A DNA stretch of 64,000 bases, from NCBI GenBank assembly GCA_028534125.1, contig CM052837.1, positions 744,001-808,000 on the forward strand, read 5' to 3'. The notes beneath the pieces were generated by a model. It was given only the letters and a program-made list of their open reading frames with translations, was not told the DNA's origin and did no database searches. The first letter of the stretch is position 1; every line of letters begins with the position of its first letter. The position numbers and the translations under genes were made by a program. This document shows positions 12,920 to 22,775 of the stretch, one piece after another. This stretch comes from Lama glama. Taxonomy: Eukaryota.

Positions 12920-13232
12920 CACCCAGGGCCGGCACAGCTGCCGTCAGGTACCCCGGAGAGATGTGTCCCCCCACAGATCCGGAGGCCAGAACCCACGACC
13001 AAGGGGCGAGCGTGGCTTCCGAGAGGGTCCTCACACACCCGTCCCGGGGCCTGCACTGGACAGACAGATCTCGCTCCTCCTCTGCGTTTAAGGCCACTGG
13101 CCCCATCTGACCTCATCTGACCTCATCTGACTCCAGTCACCTCCCAGAGCCTCACCTCCAGGTGCCACCACCCCCGAGGCTGGGGTTTCAACATATGGAT
13201 TCTGAGGGGACACACACACACAGCCAGCAGCA
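12920..13232 (-). mobile_element. MLT1A-like MaLR solo LTR
   Basis: cacagatccggaggccagaa, tcacctcccagagcctcacctcca and ggggtttcaacatatggattctgaggggacaca match the recalled MLT1A/A0 layout. Confidence 0.75.
13108..13123 (-). promoter_or_regulatory. Perfect DR4 nuclear-receptor element (TGACCT-catc-TGACCT)
   Basis: Two exact AGGTCA half-sites on the minus strand with a 4-nt spacer. The motif is certain; function is untested. Confidence 0.4.
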
Positions 13233-15700
13233 CAACCAAATAGCAATTTTCAAGAGGTTTAGTGTATGATTTAGAAAGGAACACTCAAAGCCAAACACAC
13301 ATACTACTACACAAAGTACAAAATAAAATGTGCAACGTACTGAAATACACGAAATGCGCAAACACACTAGGTACTGAGAGCAGGAGACAACTAGATACGT
13401 TTCGTTTCCTAAAAGCTGCAAGTTACTCCAGATGCGTGCCAGCCTGCGGAAGTCTCATTTTTTCACTTTTTTCGTGTTTATGTGGAAGAGTCGGTAAGCC
13501 ATCTGCCTCTGCTTTCAATTTTCCTCACTAATTAGAAAACGCTCCAGTGGGCCCCCCGGGGCCCTGGGCACAGGGCCGACCGTCCGCACAGATCACAAGG
13601 GTAACTCACTCTGCTTTGCAGGAAGGGGTCTCCCCGGGCACCGGCCTCCAGGCGGAGATCCCACGTCCCGTGAGCTGGCCTCCCCGGGCAGCGCAGGCGC
13701 TCGGACAACGTGCTAATGTGATCAGCACTTTAAAGGCTGTGCGTTAACCCAGCGCCTCGTGGAGCAGACGTGGAAACCGCATCTGAGTGTGATGCCCCGC
13801 GTGGCCTGGACACGGACGCTGCCTTGGATTCTCCATCCTAGAAATGACGGGGGCACGTTGTCTGGGTGGAGACAGAGACTGAGAAGGACCTGCTCCCGTC
13901 TGCCAGCAGACACGTCAGGCCTCTGAGCTGGTACGGAAGTGCCCAGAGAGCCTGTGCTTGGCAAACTCACAGAAGACGGACTGAAAACAGACCTTCCTGT
14001 AAAGAGGGTCCCCAGCCCTTCCCTGGTGGCACGTGAGGCGTTCCCACTTCTCCCGACGTCGTCCCCCGGCCGTGACGGTGTTAACGTCTTCCAGTGGCAT
14101 TTGTCCATTTTTAAAGGAAAAAAATCACCCTTTTGCATCTTGTAGAATGACCCTTTGTGAGATTTAAACGAGCCAACAAACAGATGTCTCCTTGGGGCCT
14201 GGCCCGGCCCGGCCTCGGGCCGCACGCACGCTTTGCCCACCTGCTAACGCTCAGCAGGATGGAGAAACCGGCTTCCCGGACGGCGGCAGCCCCGCTTCCT
14301 GAGACGCCTGATTCACGTGCAGGTTCGCTTCGCACCCCGAGCGTTTGATGGCATCTGGCTGGTTCACAACTCACCACCAGCCCAGCCACTGCTGGGGCAC
14401 AGGTCAGAGGGATGCCCGGGCGCATGCCACCCGCTCAGCCTGCTCCTACCTGACCCGGTTGTGAGTGAGTCGTGCCTCTGCTGCGGGGCCCTGGCTTCAC
14501 CTCGCCCACGACCCTGGACTCAGGGGGCCACTAGAACAGCGTCCGAGCCCTGCATCGTGGTCAGCAGGGGCGCCCAGGGAGTCAGACCAGCTGCAGCTCC
14601 GCAGGGAGACTTCAGTGCAAGGCCGCCTGGAAACTCCGGAACTTATTTTAATGTAAGAGATGACTGTTGGCAAAGGATATTTGATTTGGGAGGAAAACCA
14701 GTTAGAACAAATCCACTTACACCACGAAGCAGCCTTCACAGTAGTGGGCGCCCACGTGGGCATCACGCCCCGGAGGAAACCCGTCCCAGGAAGTGAGTGC
14801 ATTTAACCTTCAACGAGATTTACAGATGACTGTGAGCGCGCGAGCCTCAGACCAAGGGGCTGCGCGGTGCAGGTCTGCTGGTGTACCGAGCGCTTCCAGC
14901 AAAGCCGACCTCACAGTACCTGGAGGGAGAGTGAGTCTTGCAGAGCAGCCAGAGCTCCCCCGCTTCAGTGAGGGCGTCTCAGCACTCCATAGCCTCGAGC
15001 TGCAAAGCGCCTCAAAGCCCGAACCCTGCAGGGAGTGGTCGGCATGGCAGGGCCGGCACAGACCCCATCCCTGCCCCCACCCAGCATCCCCTGCACCAAC
15101 ACCTGGAATTCCTTCCACTCAGCAGGACACGTGCGCTCCCTCTGCTGAGAGGATCTGGGGCAGCCGGAGGTCCCGGTGGACGGTGGGTGGTGGGAGGGGC
15201 TGCCTGGGGGCGAGCGGGTCAGCGAGGCGCTCACACTCGGGAAGGCGGGAGGCGCGGTCAGTCTCACTGCCCACCTGACTGGCTCTGCTCCCAACTGCCC
15301 AGCGGTGTGGGCGGGGCTGTGCTGGCCTGGCTCCGCCCACTCTCAGCACAAAACAGAGGCCTTCTGGTCCTTTGTCCTGCGTGGGGCCACCACGAGGTCT
15401 GCTGCTCCTCTCTGGACGTGGCTGACCAGAGTCACCCAAGCCAGGACGGCTCTCTCTCCAGGCAGGGCCGTGGGGGCCGCTTCCTGGGCCCAGTGTTGGG
15501 CTGAGCCTCGGCCCCGACAGGAGCGCAGGTGCCCACCAGGGGCCAGAAAAGGGGGCAGCACATTCTGAGCGCCTGAAAGGAGAAGGCTCTGCTCAGCATC
15601 CCTGTGGCTGCCGGAGGTCACAGGTGCAGCAGGCAGGAGACCAGGGTGACAGACGGCACCACTCAGGCCAGACAGAGCTGGGCTGGGCCTGGGGGGCCCT

Positions 15701-15876
15701 GGGACCTGGGACCCCTGTGACCTGGGCCCCCCGTGACCTGGGACCCCTGTGACCTGGGACCCCCGGGACCTGGGCCCCCCGGGACCTGGGACCCCTGGGA
15801 CCTGGGACCCCCGTGACCTGGGTCCCCTCATGACCTGGATACCCTGTGACCTGGGCCCCCGTGACCTGGGCCCCCC
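15701..15876. repeat. 16-bp minisatellite, 11 units, consensus G(T/G)GACCTGGG(A/C)CCCC(C/T)
   Basis: Units of 15-17 bp read directly; they give the GPRSRG/PG repeats in ORF 15343..15921. Confidence 0.97.
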
Positions 15877-16039
15877 AAGCGTCAGGTACCCCGGCTGTCC
15901 ATGGGGGTGACAGTGTCTCATGCCTCGTTCACAGAGTACTTTAGGTTTTTACTGGTTTTACTCCTTCACCCACCCTCAGCGTCTCTCATTCTTTTTGAAT
16001 TTTTATACTTTTTTGTTTTTTCTTCCAAAATGTCCCTGC

Positions 16040-16140
16040 ATCGGAGGAAAGTGGCTGCATCCTGAGGGGAGGGGCGGCATCTTCTGTCTCACTGTGTTCC
16101 CAGGACGTGCCCAACGCGGGAGGTGCCCAGGGACCTGCCA
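16040..16140 (+). mobile_element. L2 3' terminus fragment
   Basis: cctgagggga...cttctgtctcactgtgttcccagg...gtgcccaacgcgggaggtgccca resembles the L2 3' end. Confidence 0.55.
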
Positions 16141-17159
16141 CTCAGGGGGGACCCCACCGTCTTCAGTCACTACCTGCTTCTGACTTTCTCCAGTCCCCAG
16201 AGCGCACTCCAGTCGATGTCACTGCCAGCGTCACCATTATGTTTCCTCTTCATCGTTTGATCTTAATGTAAGTGTTCACATCGGCCCCCCCGGAGCCCCC
16301 CAGGGTGTGTCCCCACATGTGTCTGCGCCCCGGGCTGCAGTGGTCCTGACAGCTGTTCTGGGTCCCTGACCGGCTCGGTGCCAAAGCCCCTCCCTCACCC
16401 CACTGCCCCCCGCACGGGCCCTGCGTGGCCAGGATCTCGGGCTGGGAACGTCCAGGTGACAGCGTCCGAGGGGCCCTCTGTACTCCATCACACCTGCCTG
16501 CCTGCCAAGAGTGACCTGACGTCCTGCAGCAGACGCTGCGCGTGCCTGGCCTCCCAGCTGCGTGCAGACCATGAGCCCCTAGGCACCCTTTGCTGTATTT
16601 CTACGCCGCTAGTCGCCACCTGTGCCCTCTGAGGGGTCACAGACCTGACTGCTACGGGCTCACGTTCACGTCTGCCAGTCAGCTGGTGTCCTGAGGACCA
16701 AACCCCGGGGCCTGCTGGACGGGGCACACCCCCTGGTTGAAGCCTTATTTTCTGTGCGGTTTCCACCTCCGCCCCCTTCTCCGCTCCGCCTGGCCTCTCC
16801 CGGCCCCTGTCCTGGAAGGCCAACCTGTACCTGCGCCGCTGTCGGGCCCCCAGGGAAGCCCAGGGCCATCTGGACTGGGCCCCTCTGCCAGGCTCGGGAG
16901 GTCGCCCGAGATCCCCTGGGATCTGGCCTCCCCGGCTCTGCTCCAAGGTTACAGGATGTCTGCGGGGCTGCTGACTTGGCACCTGCCCCGCTGGACCCTG
17001 GCTGCCCTGGCTCCCAGCACCACCTCGCCCCCGTGCAAAGCCCGCCCTGGCTGGCCTCAGTTAGGGCCTCAGCTCAGGCCCCATGTGAGGAACTGTTAGC
17101 CATCATGTGCTGGCCTGACTTCGGTGACACTGCTGGGCGCTGCCCCTCCTGCCTCCTGT

Positions 17160-17310
17160 CCCGTAATCGTCCTGACAACAGCGAGGGGCAGCTGTGTCTC
17201 CCCTCCACTCATGGGGAAACCGAGACACAGGGAGGTTGAATAACTTTGCAGAGGGCGGGGGTGAGCCAGGGTTCAGAGCCGGGCCGCTGACGGCAGAGTC
17301 CCTGGCCCAG
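17160..17310 (-). mobile_element. MIR SINE fragment
   Basis: atggggaaaccgagacacagggaggttgaataactttgc ... gagccagggttcagagcc. Confidence 0.7.
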
Positions 17311-17884
17311 ACCTTCACACCAACCCCTCCATCCCCAGCCCCTGCCTCTGCATTTCCCAGCCACAAGCAGACCCCGTCCTGGGGGCTCACAGGCAAAGCA
17401 CAATGTCTATCTTAGGTAAAATAACTCTAAATCAAAATCAGGAGGCTGCAGAGACAAGCCTCACGTAAAGTTCTCTGGGAACTGTGTGCCCTGCATGCAG
17501 TGGGGAGACAGACCGACCCCCAGAGGGCCCGGCACAGCAGAAGGGCCCCTTTGCCTCCTCCTCCCGCCAGTCACATGGGAGCAGGGCAGAGAGAATCACC
17601 TACATAGGAGCCTGGGCCGAGACTCTCCCCGCGCCCTCCACGTGCTCTCTGGCTGCACCCCTGGCCCCCGGCTGCTGCGTGGGCACAGGGCGGCTGAGCC
17701 AAGCCTGGGGGCCGCGTTCAGGTCCCGCCAGCTGGACGAGCGGGGAGCTGCTTAGTGCAGAATAAAGCACACAGCCCGGGGCTGAGGCTGTCTGTCCCCG
17801 GCCGTCCCCAGGCTCTCCGTCCCCCACGGCCCCTGGGAGCAGCTCCACAGCAGTGACATTCACGGCGGCAAGTTACTGTTCAGG

Positions 17885-18020
17885 GTGTGTTTCTGGAAGT
17901 GGATGCACCCGTGTGTGTGTGTCAGTGTGTGCCTGTGCGTCTCTGTGAATGTACGTGTGTGTGCGTGTGTCTGTATGTGCGCGTGTCTGTGTGAATATGT
18001 CTGTGCATGTGTATGCGTGA
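17885..18020. repeat. Degenerate (TG)n microsatellite
   Basis: TG-rich tract directly visible. Confidence 0.92.
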
Positions 18021-18882
18021 GGAGTGGGGAGGGGACGCGACCTTCCTCTGTGCAGAGTGTCTCCTTCTCAGGGGAGCCGGGCGCCCGGCTCCGCGTTGGG
18101 GCCCCTGCAGGAAGCTCTGCCCCCGCAGGCAGCTCAGACGCGCCAGGACCGTGCACAGGGCCGAGGCACGGCAGGAGAAGCAGTGACTCATGCGGAGAAG
18201 GCTCTCTGCCTGCTATGCAGGGGTCGGCGCCAGCCCTTCCTGTCCAGAGCCAGCAGCGCCCCAGTCCATTCCCAGCGGGCCCAGGAGAGCTGCTTCTAGC
18301 TGAGAGGAGGGTCTTCCTCCATATTTAACTCCTGTTCTGCAAAATGCCCACCCCTGGGGCCCCGTGCCCAGAATTCAGCATCCATCTCTCTGAGCAGAGC
18401 CTGCCCCCAAGCCCACGGGTCCCAGCGCAGAGGACCACCTGCCCTCCTCAGCGGTCCTGCCGCCTGGGAGGTCTGGAGCTGGACAGTCAGCACTGCCTGG
18501 CGCTAGTGCTCATCCATCCGCTCTACCCGTCCTCCTCGTGCCCCAGGCAGCGGGAGCCACAGCCAGGTCACAGAGGGACACGGTCAGAGTGCCGATGACG
18601 AGGAGGTCGCGCTGCAGGGCGCTGCTTCAAGCACTTGGTGTCAGTGAAGAATGAGCGATGTCTGCCCGCTGGCAGGTCAGGTTCTGCGACAACGCAGCAG
18701 CTCACCGGTACTGCCCAGGCTCAGGAGTCCCGGCTGAGTCACCGCCCTCGCCTCCCCCTCGCAGGAGAGCCGCCGGCCGGCTGAACTCCCGGCCGATGTT
18801 CGCCCATAGTCTGCAATATTGAATTTCATATAAATGTAGATTTTTAGGCAGAGATTTTCCAGTCCACTTTTTTCTAGCCACA

Positions 18883-19319
18883 TGTATCAGTTATTACTTG
18901 CTGTGTAACAAACACCCCAAAATAGTAGGTTAAAATGGCAGCTGTTTTATTTGCTCACAGTCCTCTGAGTCAGCAGGTGAGCTGAGCTGAGCTTCTCAGG
19001 TCTTGGCTGGTCTCTCCTGGGGTCACTTGTGAAGCACTGGGGTTCCATAGGGGCAGGAGGGCACAGGACAGCCTCAGTGGCACATCTGGTGGTCCTGGTA
19101 GCTGTGGGCTGGATCACAGGCCAGTCGGGGCTCCGTCACAAGCCGGTGGGCAGGCAAGGACCAGAAGAAGCCCTCATGTCAGAACCAGCAGTGTTGCTCA
19201 AGCAGGTGGCCAGGCCACCTTCAAGGGCGGAGAAGTGGACTTCTCGTGACGTGAGGGGGTCAGCAAAAGGGGAGCATGGGGAGATGAGAGAAACTCACGT
19301 CTGCAAACAAGCTACTGCA
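18883..19319 (-). mobile_element. Old MLT1-type MaLR solo LTR
   Basis: Starts TGTATCAGTTATTACTTGCTGTGTAACAAACACCCCAAAA, contains ttttatttgctcacag, and ends tctgcaaacaagctactgca. Confidence 0.75.
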
Positions 19320-19899
19320 CCTCCCACGGGGCAAGATCCTGCGGAAGGAAGGAGACGGGTGGCGCACGTGGGTTCCTGCATGGGCTCACACGCACACAGG
19401 TATACACGCACAGCGTGTTTGCACACGTGGACGTGCATTCATGTGTACTTTAGCCCCACTGCACGCCAAGTGTGCCAGTCCCTCTGCGAGATGTTGCATC
19501 ACTTTCTTTGAGAAAACAGCTCTCGTCACCGATGTGGAAACATTAAATAACGCAGGCAGGCAGGGACGCCCCCCTGAGCCTGGGGGACAGTCTCGGCTCC
19601 TGTGACACCCACCCCAGGGCACCCAGAGGCACAGCAGTCACCACCTCCAGCATTTGTTTTTTTCCTCTAGGTGTTCAAATAAAAGGGACACCAAGAACTT
19701 GGTTTTTAAAAAAATATTACATAAGGCAAACTTAAAGCCTACTCTGTTTCTTGACCCGAAATCCAGGTTCTGCAAGTTCATGTCTGGTGAATAAGCCTGT
19801 CTGTGAGCATTGTCCTCGTGTCCCCACGTGGGGACATTGCCTGCTAAGCAGCTGGGACCCTCCCTGGGCTCAGACCTGGGACAGGATGCCTTCCCCATC

Positions 19900-20335
19900 T
19901 TCCGAGACCCTGTGCCTCCCACCACCCCGGGAGCTGCGGTGCCTCCTCACTGGCACTTGTCAGAAATGCAGACCTCAGGCTCTGAGCTCGGCCTGCTGAG
20001 CCCGGACCTGCACGTCTGCAAACCCGCAGGGGTCTGTGCGCACCGGAGTTCAGCACGTGCAGCTTTAACAGGTGCTTCCCTACGCAAAGCCGGCTCCACT
20101 GCTCCTTTAATGTCACCAAAGCTCAGTCTGCAGTCTTCACCTTGGCTGTGTGCACACCAGTCCCCTGGTGGACCCACCGTGCAGCCAGCTTTGAGAACCA
20201 CCTGGACCTGGGCCACCCGAGGCCACAGCGTCAGCTCGGGGTGCAGGTCACCCTCCGTGATCTGCTGTCCCAGAACCTGCATCTGCGACCTCCAGGAGAG
20301 GCACAGGGTCACCCAGCGGAGCAGCCAGGCTCTGT
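19900..20335. mobile_element. Cluster of MER5-type hAT-Charlie MITE fragments
   Basis: cttgtcagaaatgcagacctcaggc, gtgcagccagctttgagaaccac and cagaacctgcatct are MER5 hallmarks. Confidence 0.7.
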
Positions 20336-21392
20336 TTGAGTAGAAGTCCTCCTCCTGGCCGCCCGGCTCAAGCCCAAGTTCGGGCGCCTCCCTTGAGCCC
20401 ACCGGCTTGCCATCCCTCCCACAGACACCACGCAGAATTTCAGCGCCAGCAGACCACTGTGCTCTCTTGCGTTCAAAAACACACCATCTGATCTCCCATC
20501 CCGCAGGATGCCTAGGCACTCCTCTCACAGAGACCTGCGGACAGTCACCGGCTGAGTGGGGAACCCACCGCAGGGTATTGCCTTTGCCCACCTGCACCAG
20601 GAGGCTGGAAAGGTTACATCCTCCTCCTCACCCCAGGCTTCCTCACAACCGGCTCTGGGCAAACGCCACCCGGGGGGGCTCTGTCCACCTCTCCCACTTC
20701 TTGCCTTGATCTCGGATGTGATGGCTGGGGCTGCAGCAGCCACCTGGGAGCCAGGAGGTGGTAGCGATGCAGCCTGACCCCACCGAGCTGCCGAGTCAGC
20801 ACCCCGCCCCAGGCTTTACCACGTCAGAAAAACAAACCCACAGACCAGCTCCTGCGTCCTGGTTTCCTGTCATCTGTTGCTGCTTCACTTCTAGCCTATG
20901 TACTCACGCGGCTGCTTAAACAGGTCTTTTTACTTTGCATATAAATAAGGAAAAAGAGAAAAAAAAAGTGGAAAAGCCGAAAAGCTAGATGCTAATCTGC
21001 CATGCCACTGATTTCCTGTAAATCTAGAGAGGCTGCTAGACATGCAAGCACACAAACTCCATTTTTTTTCTCACTTGTCCCTTTTATCAACCCAGTGAGA
21101 ACTCTGGAGAATGGTAAGACTGAACGGAACTCCGAAGACCTAGAACTCACTCACGTAACAAGGCAAGCACCCACAGAACGTGCAAAACTGGTTATTAATT
21201 CATGCCCCAGTTTCTGACTGTGGGCCTCAGCGCCACATTCCAGAACACGCTTCTGAGAAATAACTGGACTGGTGACTCACACACAACCGAGGGGACGTGG
21301 CAGGGACGCGTTGCTCCTGCGGCTACGTCGGAAAGGTCCACGTCAGCTATTTGCTGGAAATTAGAGCCTTGGCGCTCCAATTAACACAGGGT

Positions 21393-21515
21393 TGTTTTTT
21401 TTTTTTTGGTGGAAAAAACACACGACGTAAAATTCACCATCTGGACTGCTTTCAAGTGTGCGGATCAGCAGCGTCCAGTACATCACATGTTGTGAAGGAG
21501 ATCTCCGGACTGTCT
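21393..21515 (-). mobile_element. L1MB-like 3' tail fragment
   Basis: Poly-T, then gtggaaaaaacacacgacgtaaaattcaccatc...ttcaagtgtgcg...gtacatcacatgttgtg. Confidence 0.75.
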
Positions 21516-21794
21516 TCCCTTTTTCTGCGCTGAGCCTCCCCACGTCCCCGACTCGAGTCCTCGCCCCGCTCATCTCCACTTGCCTTCAGTAAGCCCAGCG
21601 AGGAGGGGGCAGGCGCCTCGTCCATTCTGCAGATGGGGAAGCACCAGAGTCGGGTGGCCTCATCCTCGTCCCCTGGGCGCTTGTGTTTTTCCCTCTGGAT
21701 GGTCCGACATCCACCCCACCGCTCGTGCCCAGAGACGGGGCTCGCCGAGCGTGAGAAACAGCCAAGCTACCCGTCCCGCAGCCGCGCTGTTGCT

Positions 21795-22775
21795 GCGCTG
21801 AGGCTCAGCCGACACGCAACACTACACCACTTTCAGGTGTGCGACCCATGACTCCACACCGGTCCGCGCTCTGAAACGAGCACGATTAGTCTGACGAACA
21901 TTTACCACCGGGCGTAATGACCACTCTTTCCTTGTGATGAGAACTTTGAAGATCTACTCTCTCGGCAAGTTTCAAATATACAGCGAGGGCTGCTAGTTAC
22001 AGCCACCGCGCCGCCCAGAGCACCCCTGGGGCGTGACTATTTTGGCTGTTCAGGGTCTTGTGTGTTTCTTACGTAGGACTGCTCGCTCTGTGCCTGTGGA
22101 AAACGACACTGGAGTTTTGGTGGGGACTGCACCGAACCTGCAGATTACTGCGGGTGGTACGGAACTCCTAACAACTTCTCGTTCTTTCAAGCTGTGAGCG
22201 TGGGATGCCTCTCCGTTTATTTGTGTCCCCCTCAGCTCCTCTCATGTCTCGCAGCTTTCAGTGCACGGGCCTTTCACTCCCTGGTTACCTTCATTCCGAG
22301 GTATTTAATTTTTTGATGCAATTGTAAACGAGACTGCTTTCTTAATTTCTCTTTCTGATGGTCCATGATTAATGTGTACAAAAGAAACAGGTTTCTGTAT
22401 ATTAATTTTGTATCCTGCAACTTTACTGAATTCATCGATTACTTCTAACAGTGTTTATAAGAAGTCCTCAGGGTCTTCTACACACAGTATCATGTCATCG
22501 GCAAGTAGTGACCTTCTTCACTTCCCCCTCTGCGATCTGGGTGCCTCTCATCTCTGTTTCTCGCCTGGCTGCTCCGGCTGGGGCTTCCAGCGCTGTGCCG
22601 ACACGAGTGGGGCCCGTGGGCAACCTTGTCTTCTTCCTGATCCCCCAGGAAGGGCTTTCCGTCTGTCACCTATGAGTGGGATGCCAGCTGTGGGTTTGTC
22701 GTGTGTGGCCTTTGTAATGTTGCTGTATGTTCCTGCTGTACCCACTTCATGGAGAGTTTTTATCCTAAACGGGTG
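21795..22775 (-). mobile_element. Old LINE-1: 3'UTR (21795-22025) joined to an ORF2 segment (22030-22775)
   Basis: cttgtgatgagaactttgaagatctactctctcggcaagtttcaaatatac (L1MA9/laurasiatherian-type 3' end). attaattttgtatcctgcaactttactgaattc and ggcaaccttgtcttcttcctgatc are antisense ORF2. Confidence 0.9.

Noticed and set aside
15701-15876. CRISPR-like array or collagen-like coding repeat
   Set aside because: Head-to-tail units with no unique spacers; the 16-bp unit is not a multiple of 3; the context is mammalian.
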